Shown piece by piece: positions 45,201 to 53,031 of a stretch of DNA of 64,000 nucleotides. The position numbers were made by a program, and so were the translations under genes. Positions within the stretch are counted from its first letter, which is position 1. Every line of letters begins with the position of its first letter. The stretch covers positions 2,041,464 through 2,105,463 of the forward strand of contig OZ251532.1 of the NCBI GenBank assembly GCA_965243175.1. The letters are read 5' to 3'. The notes below the pieces were generated by a model. That model was not told where the DNA came from, did no database searches, and saw only the letters and a list, made by a program, of their open reading frames with translations. This DNA is from Candidatus Azotimanducaceae bacterium (GTDB taxonomy: Bacteria > Pseudomonadota > Gammaproteobacteria > Pseudomonadales > Azotimanducaceae).

Positions 45201-46433
45201 ACCGTCCTCGGCTTCGCCGCTGGCCGCGTTCTCGCCGCGCGTCACGGGCAGCGCGCTGCCGCCTTCCTTGGCGGCGAGCAGAACGTAGGGGCGCACGGTT
45301 TCCAAACGCCACTGCGTACGCATCGTGCCGGTGACGTGGTCGAGGAACGTGAAGCCGCGCCGATCGAAGTCCAGCCACAGGTCGCGCGTGAAGGCGAGTT
45401 CGTTCTCGGCGTCCGTCGCGCCGCGGCTGCGCTCCACGATGGTCAACGCGTCGCCGGGGGACAGCCGAAAGGTCGGCAGGTCCGACCAAGGCGCGCCGAC
45501 CAGCAGCGGATCGACCGGACGCGGCGCCTCCGCCGACGTGATGCGCAGCCTCGGCGCCGATTCGTAGCCCCAGACCTCGGTCGCCGGCATGTTCCGCTCA
45601 GACCCCGGTACGGCTGCCCCCGCCAACACGCCGTCCGCGCGGGCCGCCACGGCCACCTGCCAGGAGCCCGGCCGCACCTGCAAACGCAGCGCGCCGTTCT
45701 CCAACCGCGCCGGCAGGTCGCTTCGCAAGGTCATGGGGACGAAGCCAAGCGGCAGGACCGGGCGCAGCAGTTCCTCGCGAACGCGGCCGGAGACGTCGAG
45801 GTGGAGATGCGTGACGAGGCGCGTCGGCACGTCGTCGATCAAGCGGCGGAAGACTTTCACGGCGAGCGCGTCCTCCGCCCGCGGCTCGGCACTGGCAGCG
45901 CCCAGCCACAAGCCATCGTCGCGTCTCGGCAAGGCGATGGGAACGCCATCCACGGCCAAGGCGATCAAGCCGGTTTCGGGAGGAACTGCGAGCTTGGGCG
46001 GGCGCTCCCGCCAGGCGAAGCGCCCGGCGACGCGGTGTTCCCCAGGCGCAAGGCGAAGCGCCGGCCGTTCGTCGCGCAAGACCAGAGACGCTGGCTGCCC
46101 GTCCCGGGTCACGTCTCGCGGCCAGTGCTCGGCGTCCCCGGGCAGCGGCACCCACTGCTCGGCGCCGTGGATCGTCCAGCGCTGCTCGAACCGCCCGCCC
46201 TCGGCATCGACTTCGATGCCAAGGCGTCCTGGCCAAGCGCAGACGAAATCGCTCCGGGCCGCCGCCTCGCTGTCGTGAAGGAAGGGGCAGCCACGGTATT
46301 CGAAGCCGTGCAGCACCCACTCGCGCCAGTCTTCCAGCGCCTCCGGCACGGCAACGCTCTGCGCACCTTGAACGCCCAAGGCCGCAAGCACCGCACCGGC
46401 CAGCCAAGCCCGCCCCAGGAACCGCGTCCGCAT
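42297..46433 (-). CDS. 1378-aa secreted/membrane protein of unknown function
   Basis: Signal peptide MRTRFLGRAWLAGAVLAALGVQGAQS, three hydrophobic TM blocks, and a GKDGKDGKD tail. No family recognised. Confidence 0.75.
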   Translation of the reverse strand: MRTRFLGRAWLAGAVLAALGVQGAQSVAVPEALEDWREWVLHGFEYRGCPFLHDSEAAARSDFVCAWPGRLGIEVDAEGGRFEQRWTIHGAEQWVPLPGDAEHWPRDVTRDGQPASLVLRDERPALRLAPGEHRVAGRFAWRERPPKLAVPPETGLIALAVDGVPIALPRRDDGLWLGAASAEPRAEDALAVKVFRRLIDDVPTRLVTHLHLDVSGRVREELLRPVLPLGFVPMTLRSDLPARLENGALRLQVRPGSWQVAVAARADGVLAGAAVPGSERNMPATEVWGYESAPRLRITSAEAPRPVDPLLVGAPWSDLPTFRLSPGDALTIVERSRGATDAENELAFTRDLWLDFDRRGFTFLDHVTGTMRTQWRLETVRPYVLLAAKEGGSALPVTRGENAASGEAEDGGGIEVRRRDVDVQALGRVDEGGEMPVSGWRTNMTAATTLHLPPGNKLLAAFGVDDAPSSWMGRWRLLDFFVLLVVATATARLYGRAAGVVALLALALSFHESGAPVWTWLNLLAAAALARVAPSGRLQRVTQRYRLVSFALLLLFLVPFLIAQIRMAAYPQLEPSSYRRAETIGLFEMLAGTERRADVVGSYIRRAEFDLPAEPTEAEMEGLAASLGDADIEEAVVSGAFLYETDALTQTGPGRPAWKWSPHALFWSGPVDETRTMRLVVAPPWLTGLLRVLTVAALGLLAAIFAFDLLGRAWRWPVWKRGASGSVTAIVAMAALLAPSPSASAETPPQALLDQLEERLLAPPDCVPDCADVVHARVEVGEDALAIELHVHAFEAVAVPLPGAPNGWLPAEAVIGQTPLAVERRADTLWTRLDRGRHVVTVRGPLPSDEAMEIPFPANPRTIAATSDHWLVTGIRDGSLSAGSLSLRRLREGQAELPDAAWEASRLPPFVHIERSIDLGRIDWGVRTRVYREAPSTGAVELRVPLLDGEAVVSGEPSQDGHIAVAMHPTQRSFEWRSTLPQRSSMSLRVLADRPWREVWRLAVGSTWRVTSEGVPASQPDADTPGGHLTFHPRPGETLALTIAKPQAVDGPTLAIDAVELETTAGERWRNSRLELAYRSTRGASHVVRLPEDASLAEVSIDGASVPLAMAAGELDVPIDPGEHTVSIAWQAPNPAGLRVATPAVELGAPASNLTTRIEMPARWLLFATGPTLGPAILYWSELIALIAASILLGRFRVTPLRWQHWLLLGLGFSTSSWIAFAVVAAWLLAHGTRKSWGADLERTLYNALQIGFGLLTLIAFAAILVGIQSGLLGSPDMSVTGFESSGKQLSWFADKTDGAMPQAAVYSLPMWAYKALILAWALWLSFALMRWLPWVWRCFAEGGLWLPKAPADKSGGKDGKDGKDRKGGEEDASAWPA

Positions 46434-46843
46434 GGCAAGTCCTTACAGTCCGCCTGCTCGATCGCCAGTGTGCCAAATTCGTAGACAGCACGAACGAGCT
46501 TGCGTTCCATCTGGGCCGCACACGCCGGGGCGATTGCGATTGCACTTGCCCATCACCAGCCAACGCGCCATGTTCCGATGCGTCCGCAGCAAGGTGGAAC
46601 CGGGACGGAAACGATGCGCGACCTCTTCAGCGCCTCGATGTGCCCGCGGCTGTCACCGTGCGTTTCGGCGCCGTTCCCCGCACTCTTCCCTGCGCTGGTC
46701 GCCTGATCCGCGCCGGCACGGCCGGACAATGGCGCAGCGAACTCGCGCCCGAACAGGTGCAGGGCGATCGTCGCGCCGGCGAGTCCGCAAACGCAGCGCT
46801 CGCTGCCGGAAGTCCCACCAGCCTGAAGCGCAACGCCGCTCGC

Positions 46844-47812
46844 TCAGCCGGGGATGCGGGCGAACTTCTGCAGGGCGTGGCAATCGAGCGGCACGAGCCC
46901 TCGGTTGCCACCGCCGCTGTAGACCACTTCGGAGACGTAGAGATCGCCCTTCGAGTCGCACCAGATGCCGTGCGGCGCGAAGAAGTTGCCGGGGCGGACC
47001 GGGTCGGAACCGCCGAAGCGGGTGACCACCTGGCCGTCCAAGTCCATCACCGTGACGCGGGCATGAGGCGTGTGCGGGAGGATTTCGACATCCGGCGAAC
47101 GACCGGCGATTTCCCCAAGTTCCGCGACATAGAGGAAGTCGTCCTCGTCAATGTAGAGATCGTCGGGGCGGACGACGTGACTCCACTCCTTCACGTACTC
47201 GCCGTTCGGCTTGAACACCTGGATGCGCGAGTTCTCCCGGTCCGCCACGTACACGGTGTCGTCCTTGTCCACGGCGATGGCGTGCGGCAGGCGGAACTCC
47301 CCCGGCCCACGGCCCGGCTCGCCCCATGAGAACTGGTGCTCCCCGCTGGCGGAGAACTTGTGGACCCGAGCGTTGCCGTAGCCGTCCGCCACGTACAGTT
47401 CGCCGGTGGTGGAGAGCGCCACGTTGGTGACGCGGTTGAAGGGATCGCCCCCGAACTGCACCGGCGCCTTGCCGGGCACGAAGCCGGTGTCCGCCGGCTT
47501 GTCCTTCTCGCCCAGCGTTTGCAGCAACTCGCCGCCCGGCGTGAAGATGCGCACCGTGTGGTCGAAGTTGTCCGCCGCGAAGACGCGGTCGTCGGAACCG
47601 ATGTAGAGCCCGTGGGCGTTGGTGAACACCCCTTCGCCCCAAGCGTCCAGAAAGTTCCCGTCCGCATCGAAGACGATCATGGGATGCTCGCCGCGATTGA
47701 ACGCGTAGACCCGATCCTTCGAGTCCGTCGCCACGCCAGCAACCTCCACGAAGCTCCACCCTTCTGGCAGCTTCTCCCAGCCTTCCACCACCTCGTACTC
47801 GATCTTCGCCAC
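46844..47812 (-). CDS. NHL-repeat six-bladed beta-propeller protein (peptidyl-alpha-hydroxyglycine lyase-like)
   Basis: Repeated ...D..G.(L/V)YVAD..N.R(V/I)..F motifs (VFAADNFDHTVRIF, LYVADGYGNARVHKF, VYVADRENSRIQVF). Confidence 0.78.
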   Translation of the reverse strand: MAKIEYEVVEGWEKLPEGWSFVEVAGVATDSKDRVYAFNRGEHPMIVFDADGNFLDAWGEGVFTNAHGLYIGSDDRVFAADNFDHTVRIFTPGGELLQTLGEKDKPADTGFVPGKAPVQFGGDPFNRVTNVALSTTGELYVADGYGNARVHKFSASGEHQFSWGEPGRGPGEFRLPHAIAVDKDDTVYVADRENSRIQVFKPNGEYVKEWSHVVRPDDLYIDEDDFLYVAELGEIAGRSPDVEILPHTPHARVTVMDLDGQVVTRFGGSDPVRPGNFFAPHGIWCDSKGDLYVSEVVYSGGGNRGLVPLDCHALQKFARIPG

Positions 47813-47867
47813 GGCACGCCCCTTGTCTCTTCCCTCGCTGCATCATAGCCACGGCTGCGGTCAATGG

Positions 47868-48368
47868 TCAGAACTTGAGAAGGCTCGTTTCGAGGTCGGC
47901 GAGGTCCACGACGCCGACGGCGTTGTAGCCCTTCATATGGCCAGCGCACTCGCCTGGATTGAAGATGAGGCGCTCGCCGTCGCGTTCGCAACGATGGAAG
48001 TGCGTGTGGCCGTGCAGCGCCAGATCGTAGCCGTCGTCCAGATCGTCGAGGTCGCCGGGATCGTGAACGACGACGATGCGCCGCTCCGCCCAGTCGAGAA
48101 GCAGAGGCGGATCGCAGAGCGTGAAGCCATGCTCGGTCGCGCTTCGCTCCAAGGTCTCGCGCTCGACGTCGTTGTTGCCGTAGACGCCGTAGAGCGGCAC
48201 CTGCAGATCCTTGAACAGGTCCAGCGTCTTCGCTTGGGTGATGTCGCCGGTGTGGACAACTCTCGCCACGCCAGCGGCGTTGAACAGCGCGACAATCTGG
48301 CGCACGTTGGCGAGATTATTGTGGGTGTCGCTAACGACACCGACTCGCAAGTTGGCCGGCGAAATCAC
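47868..48368 (-). CDS. YfcE/MJ0936-family metallophosphoesterase
   Basis: VGVVSDTHNN, VHTGDI, GNND, HGHTH, NPGE. Confidence 0.85.
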   Translation of the reverse strand: MISPANLRVGVVSDTHNNLANVRQIVALFNAAGVARVVHTGDITQAKTLDLFKDLQVPLYGVYGNNDVERETLERSATEHGFTLCDPPLLLDWAERRIVVVHDPGDLDDLDDGYDLALHGHTHFHRCERDGERLIFNPGECAGHMKGYNAVGVVDLADLETSLLKF

Positions 48369-48390
48369 TGAAGCGTGATTGCCCGAATCG

Positions 48391-49197
48391 TCACTTCAGT
48401 GCCAGCGCATTGCTAATCTGCTTAGCAGCCCGCTCTTGCTTGCGCTTCTCGACCTCAGGCACCTGGGAATAGCGAGGTCCGAGGTGATCGCCTCCCTTGT
48501 CGTTAAACGGCGGCGACAAGATTTTGATCAGTATTGTCTCCATCGCCTTAATCGCTTCATCCATGTCCAAGCTATCCCGGTTGGACACGAGCTCTTGGTT
48601 CGTATCGACGGAGTGGAGACCGAACCAAGAGAACCTGTCGAACCATTTTCGCCGCTCGTGTCTCGTGTGGTCGTACAGCCTATCGTACAAGCCAGAGTCC
48701 GTCGTACGCCCCACATAGATGACGTTGGGCCATTCGTACAAGACGTACACGCCGATTTGGTCCGCAAAGTTGACTTCGATGTTGTTGTCGCCGTACCTTC
48801 CCGGGCTGCCAAGCAACTCACGTTCGCCCCACACAACTTGATCGCGATGCCAGCTCATTCCGTAACAAGGAATCAGCAGGTCACCGGCGGCAGACGGTCG
48901 AGTTACACGGTCTTTGTTTGGTATATCTGTGCGGTGCCAAAGACCTGCTTCATTGAAGACCTCTTTGTCTTTCAAATACTGAAGAGCGCTGTTAATTTGG
49001 TCCCGGTCGAGTGACCGATGGTCGCTGCTGCGACCGAGCCACTCGCGGATTTGCTTCTGCGACAAGGCCCCTTCAGAGAGGGCTTCTAGGACGAGCTCTG
49101 TGTTCTTCAATGATCTTGGCCTCGGGTTCTCTAGCTCAGCGTCATACGCAGGACTTGGGACTGGATCGCCCGAGTCGCGGTGCCTAGACAGTGGCAA
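48391..49197 (-). CDS. GIY-YIG-like nuclease domain protein with an N-terminal wHTH-like region, on a low-G+C segment
   Basis: IGVYVLYEWPNVIYVGRTTDSGLYDRLYDH (GIY..YIG spacing), a later R, and E in AMETILIKIL..FN. Confidence 0.6.
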   Translation of the reverse strand: MPLSRHRDSGDPVPSPAYDAELENPRPRSLKNTELVLEALSEGALSQKQIREWLGRSSDHRSLDRDQINSALQYLKDKEVFNEAGLWHRTDIPNKDRVTRPSAAGDLLIPCYGMSWHRDQVVWGERELLGSPGRYGDNNIEVNFADQIGVYVLYEWPNVIYVGRTTDSGLYDRLYDHTRHERRKWFDRFSWFGLHSVDTNQELVSNRDSLDMDEAIKAMETILIKILSPPFNDKGGDHLGPRYSQVPEVEKRKQERAAKQISNALALK

Positions 49198-49236
49198 CTC
49201 GGGAGATCCAACGGGTCGGCAATAGCTAGACCATCG

Positions 49237-50382
49237 CTAAGCCGCCCTCTCCAAAACGTGGATCCCGCAGGCGCTGCCGAGGCCGATCACGTGGGTGAGG
49301 CCGATGCGGGCGCCGTCCACCTGGCGCTTGCCGGCTTCGCCGCGCAGGTGGGTGGAGACTTCGTAGATGTTGGCGATGCCCGTGGCGCCCAAGGGGTGGC
49401 CCTTGGAGAGCAGGCCGCCGGAGACGTTCACCGGCACGCGGCCGCCCAGGGCCACTTCGCCATCGTCGATGAGTCGGCCGGCTTCGCCGTCCTTGCACAG
49501 GCCGAGGTTTTCGTAGTGCAGGATTTCCGCGGTGGCGAAGCAGTCGTGCAGTTCCACGAGGTCGATGTCGTCGGGGCCGACGCCAGCCATCTCGTAGGCG
49601 GCTGCCGCTGCTCGGCGGGTGCAGGTGTTGACATCCGGCATCACCAGATCGCGCTCCTGCCACGGGTCGGAAGTGAGCACCGAAGCGCGCACCTTGACGG
49701 CGCGATCCATCAGGCCGAGCTCGCGGGCCTTCTTCTCCGAGGCGATCACCGCGGCCGCGGAGCCATCCACGTTCACCGAACACATCAGCTTGGTGTTCGG
49801 GTAGGAGATCATCTCGGCGTTCATCACCGTCTCCAAAGGCGTCTCGATCTGGTACATCGCCTTGGGGTTCATCGTCGAGTGGTGGTGGTTCTTCACGGAG
49901 ACCTTGGCGAACTGCTCGAACGTGGTGCCGTGCTCCCGAGCGTGCTCCATGCCGGCTTCGGCGAACACCGAAGGCATGGTGCCGGAGCCGAGCAGCCCTT
50001 CCTTGGAGATGCCCTTGCCGCCGCCCCCGCCACCGAGCAGGCCCTTGCCCATCTGCTCGACGCCCACCGCCAGCACGACGTCGTAGAGTTCGGCCTTCAC
50101 CGCCGTCCACGCTTCGCGGAACGCGGTGGCGCCGGTGGCGCAGGCGTTGGAGACGTTCACCACCGGGATGCCGGTCTGCCCGATCTCCTGCAGAATGCGC
50201 TGGCCGACCATGCCGCTGGCCTGGCCGAGATTGCCGCAGTACAGCGCCTGCATGTCGTGAATGGTCAGCCCGCAGTCGTCGAGCGCCAAAAGCGCCGCTT
50301 CCGAGCCGATTTGCGGGACGGTCTTCTCCGGGAACCGCCCGAACTTGATCATGTCTACGCCAACGACGTATGCGTCCGTCAT
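49237..50382 (-). CDS. Thiolase-fold protein (SCP-x/lipid-transfer type)
   Basis: AYVVGVDMIKFGRF, VNVSNACATGATAF, ELHDCFA, GGLLSKGHPLGATG. Confidence 0.85.
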   Translation of the reverse strand: MTDAYVVGVDMIKFGRFPEKTVPQIGSEAALLALDDCGLTIHDMQALYCGNLGQASGMVGQRILQEIGQTGIPVVNVSNACATGATAFREAWTAVKAELYDVVLAVGVEQMGKGLLGGGGGGKGISKEGLLGSGTMPSVFAEAGMEHAREHGTTFEQFAKVSVKNHHHSTMNPKAMYQIETPLETVMNAEMISYPNTKLMCSVNVDGSAAAVIASEKKARELGLMDRAVKVRASVLTSDPWQERDLVMPDVNTCTRRAAAAAYEMAGVGPDDIDLVELHDCFATAEILHYENLGLCKDGEAGRLIDDGEVALGGRVPVNVSGGLLSKGHPLGATGIANIYEVSTHLRGEAGKRQVDGARIGLTHVIGLGSACGIHVLERAA

Positions 50383-50412
50383 GCTGGTGCTCCTACCCGG
50401 TGTGGGTTTTCC

Positions 50413-50832
50413 TTAGGGTTGAAGAGGCCGAAAGAAGTAAGCGAGGTAGGCGTTGCCGTCGCTGTCCTTGCGCCCAAGGGCGTCGTCGTAGACCACCTCG
50501 ACGGGCATGCCGAATGCGATCTTCGCCGGGTCCGGCTCGACGCCGATCAGATTGCCCTTCACCGTGCCCCCGCCTTCGAGATCGACGATGGCCGAGACGT
50601 ACGGCACCTCGATGCCAGGGAACGACCGATGGACGATGCTGTAGGCGTACAGCTCGCCCCGGTTGGACAGCCGCACGGCGCTCATCTCGCCACGCGCCCC
50701 GCACTTCGAGCAGATGGCGCGTTCGCCGAGGAACGTCGCCCCGCAGCAGTTGCAGCGAGACCCCTCCAGATACGGCTCGCCATCGTCTGGAATCTTCAGA
50801 TAGGCCACTGCCGGCAACGGTTTGCTCGCCAT
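50413..50832 (-). CDS. DUF35 Zn-ribbon/OB-fold protein (thiolase partner)
   Basis: CNCCGATFLGERAICSKCG, then an OB-fold. It holds the standard position upstream of the thiolase. Confidence 0.85.
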   Translation of the reverse strand: MASKPLPAVAYLKIPDDGEPYLEGSRCNCCGATFLGERAICSKCGARGEMSAVRLSNRGELYAYSIVHRSFPGIEVPYVSAIVDLEGGGTVKGNLIGVEPDPAKIAFGMPVEVVYDDALGRKDSDGNAYLAYFFRPLQP

Positions 50833-51050
50833 CGTCCCTCCGTTCGACGTTGAAGCGCCCTACTTCGGCTCACGGTTCGGGGGCCAAGCAAGGCGTACTG
50901 CACCGTGCCGATCCCCGAACCCTGACGCCACTTTACGGGCTGGCCGGCCACTGTCAAGCCGGATTCTCCGCCGGCCTATGCCGCGACACCACGCACAAGA
51001 CAAACCCGATGGTAGAGTACGCCCTGCTGGACAACCAAGGCGACCGCGAC

Positions 51051-51266
51051 ATGTCGACGTTAACCATCACGCTTGACGAGAGGCTCGAGGCCGACCTGCG
51101 CGAGGTCGTGGCCAGCACCGGGTCGCGTCGCACGGATTTCGCCCGAGAGGCGCTGCGACGGCAGCTTGCGCTGGCGAAGCTGAAGCTGCTGCGCAAGGAG
51201 ATGGCGCCCTATGTGCGAGCCTACGGTTGGTCGACGGAAGAGGATGTCTTCCGGGACGTCTCTTGA
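51051..51266 (+). CDS. Ribbon-helix-helix (CopG/VapB-like) antitoxin-type protein
   Basis: MSTLTITLDERLEADLREVVASTGSRRTDFAREALRRQL... Confidence 0.6.
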   Translation: MSTLTITLDERLEADLREVVASTGSRRTDFAREALRRQLALAKLKLLRKEMAPYVRAYGWSTEEDVFRDVS

Positions 51267-51349
51267 CCACGCCGATTGCTGGTCTTCCATCCGCATGAGT
51301 CCTCGGCGTTCATCGGCCCCGAAGCAGATCTAGGAGCTCCCCTTGGGGC

Positions 51350-52577
51350 CAGGGCAATCGCATATGGATTTGCCGCCTACTCGCGCCTGCGGATGCCTCG
51401 GATCATGGCGAGCAGGACGTCGTCGTTGCGCTGGGCGCGGGCGAACTTGCGCCGGACGGACCGCTTGTCGGGATCCATCCGGGCGATGTTCAGCGCCAGC
51501 CGGCGGACGACGCCGAGGCAGGCGGCGCCGTTGCCCTTGCGGTTGCGCGCCTGGTCTTCGTCCATCGACACGTCGAGCACCCAGTGCAGGCCGTTCTCGA
51601 TGGTCCAGTGGGAGCGGACGATGCGGCCGAAACGCTCGGCCGAAGGCTTGCCGCTGAGCAGGAAGTAGCGGGCGTCGGCGCTCTCCGACCCGTCGGCCAG
51701 GCGCCGCTCCCCGACCACCTTGCCGATGGCCGACAGGCCGGGCCAGTCGTGGCGCTCCTGCAGCCAGCCGACGTCGTGGCAGACCGTCGCGGTGCGCGTC
51801 TCGACGCGCCCGTGCCCCTTGTCAACCTGTTGATGCGACAGGAGTTCCGCCGACTTCGGGGGATTGTCCAGATACTCGACCACGTCCTCGTGCAGACCGC
51901 CCTGGTTGCGCTTCAACTGCAGCGCGTAGTCGCCGCCCTTGGCCACGATCGCCGCCGCGGACCCGCGCTGCGCGTGCATTGCGTCCGCGGTCACCGTGCG
52001 CCCCTTCACGTCCAGCAGCTCCAGCAGTTCCGGCAGCGCCGGGATCTCGTTCGACTTGCCGTCCACCTTCACCTGCGCCAGCGTCAGCTTCGCCTCCGCC
52101 GCGAACGCCTGCAGCAGGTGCGTCGGCGACCGCTCCGAGGCCGTCTCGAACGACCGCCGCAGCGCCTTGCCGTCCACCGCCACCACGTCGCCGAGTTCGT
52201 CCGCCCAGTCCTGCGCCAGGCGCAGCAGCGCCTTTTGCAGACCCGCCGGGTCCAGCTTCCGGAACAGCCGCGAGAACGTGTCGTGGCTCGGAATGCCGTT
52301 CTCGAGCGTCAGGTACCGCCGCAGCCATTCCTCCCGCTCGCGCCCGAAGTCCTCCATGTCGACGCAGGTGCGCCCGCTGGTGAGCATCGCCAGCAGGGCG
52401 AGCACCAGCATCTCGTGCAGGTCGTGGCGCTTGGCGTTCCCCCGCCTCGGGTCCTCAACGTCTTGAAAGACAAAGAGAAGTTCCCGCATGTCGTCTCTCC
52501 TTCCTTGGATCGAGACGTCAATCCTGCACCATCCCCCTCTCGCCACGCCACATCGCAATCCATATGCGATTGCCCTG
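51350..52577 (-). mobile_element. ISAs1-family insertion sequence (1228 bp) with a 10-bp target duplication
   Basis: Inverted repeats cagggcaatcgcatatggatt (51350-51370) and aatccatatgcgattgccctg (52557-52577). Direct repeats cccttggggc at 51340-51349 and 52578-52587. Confidence 0.88.
51377..52489 (-). CDS. ISAs1-family (H-repeat-associated) transposase
   Basis: FQDVEDPRRGNAKRHDLHEMLVLALLAMLTSG, VAVDGKALRRSF, VTADAMHAQR, SHWTIENGLHWVLDVSMDEDQ. Confidence 0.9.
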   Translation of the reverse strand: MRELLFVFQDVEDPRRGNAKRHDLHEMLVLALLAMLTSGRTCVDMEDFGREREEWLRRYLTLENGIPSHDTFSRLFRKLDPAGLQKALLRLAQDWADELGDVVAVDGKALRRSFETASERSPTHLLQAFAAEAKLTLAQVKVDGKSNEIPALPELLELLDVKGRTVTADAMHAQRGSAAAIVAKGGDYALQLKRNQGGLHEDVVEYLDNPPKSAELLSHQQVDKGHGRVETRTATVCHDVGWLQERHDWPGLSAIGKVVGERRLADGSESADARYFLLSGKPSAERFGRIVRSHWTIENGLHWVLDVSMDEDQARNRKGNGAACLGVVRRLALNIARMDPDKRSVRRKFARAQRNDDVLLAMIRGIRRRE

Positions 52578-52949
52578 CCCTTGGGGCCGGATGGCCTTGA
52601 GCTCGGTCTGTGGTTCTTCCAAGATGTCTCCGTCCCCGGTGACGAGCATGTCGACGCCATGCTCCAGCGCGGCACCGACGATCAAACGGTCATCGGGGTC
52701 TCGTTGGGGCCATGCGGCTGGTCTGACCGCTTGAACCACTGCCGCATGGTCGCTGACGAACGCGACGTACCCGCGAGCCCGGTGCGCCGTCATCGCCAAC
52801 TTGTCGACCAGCACACGTTCGAGCTCCGTGAGCGTCTCGCGGGCCACGAAGAGGTCATGCTCCGCAAGCACGGCATCGAGAACCTCGGCGCAAACGCCGC
52901 CAAACCCGAAGGCGGAGACCAGAATGTTGGTGTCCAACATGACCCTCAT
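52518..52949 (-). CDS. PIN-domain toxin-like protein; its native last 9 codons are displaced by the ISAs1 insertion
   Basis: MRVMLDTNILVSAF...DPDDRLIVGAALEHGVDMLVTGDGD. The reading frame runs into the IS right end. The original tail (ELLDLLRGR*) is recoverable at 51310-51339. Confidence 0.7.
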   Translation of the reverse strand: MRVMLDTNILVSAFGFGGVCAEVLDAVLAEHDLFVARETLTELERVLVDKLAMTAHRARGYVAFVSDHAAVVQAVRPAAWPQRDPDDRLIVGAALEHGVDMLVTGDGDILEEPQTELKAIRPQGQGNRIWIAMWRGERGMVQD

Positions 52950-53031
52950 GGGCCGGCCGTGCGCAGCGCGTGGGCAGCGCCCCAAGCCTCACGCACCGGC
53001 CATCCCGCAGCAGCTATGGACTTCCTTATCC

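Noticed and set aside
46434-46843. The 410-bp gap upstream of the 1378-aa gene; small ORFs on both strands (for example MERKLVRAVYEFGTLAIEQADCKDLP)
   Set aside because: These ORFs are short, overlap the large gene's start in another frame, or are Arg/Pro-rich GC artefacts. None has an SD or a recognisable motif.
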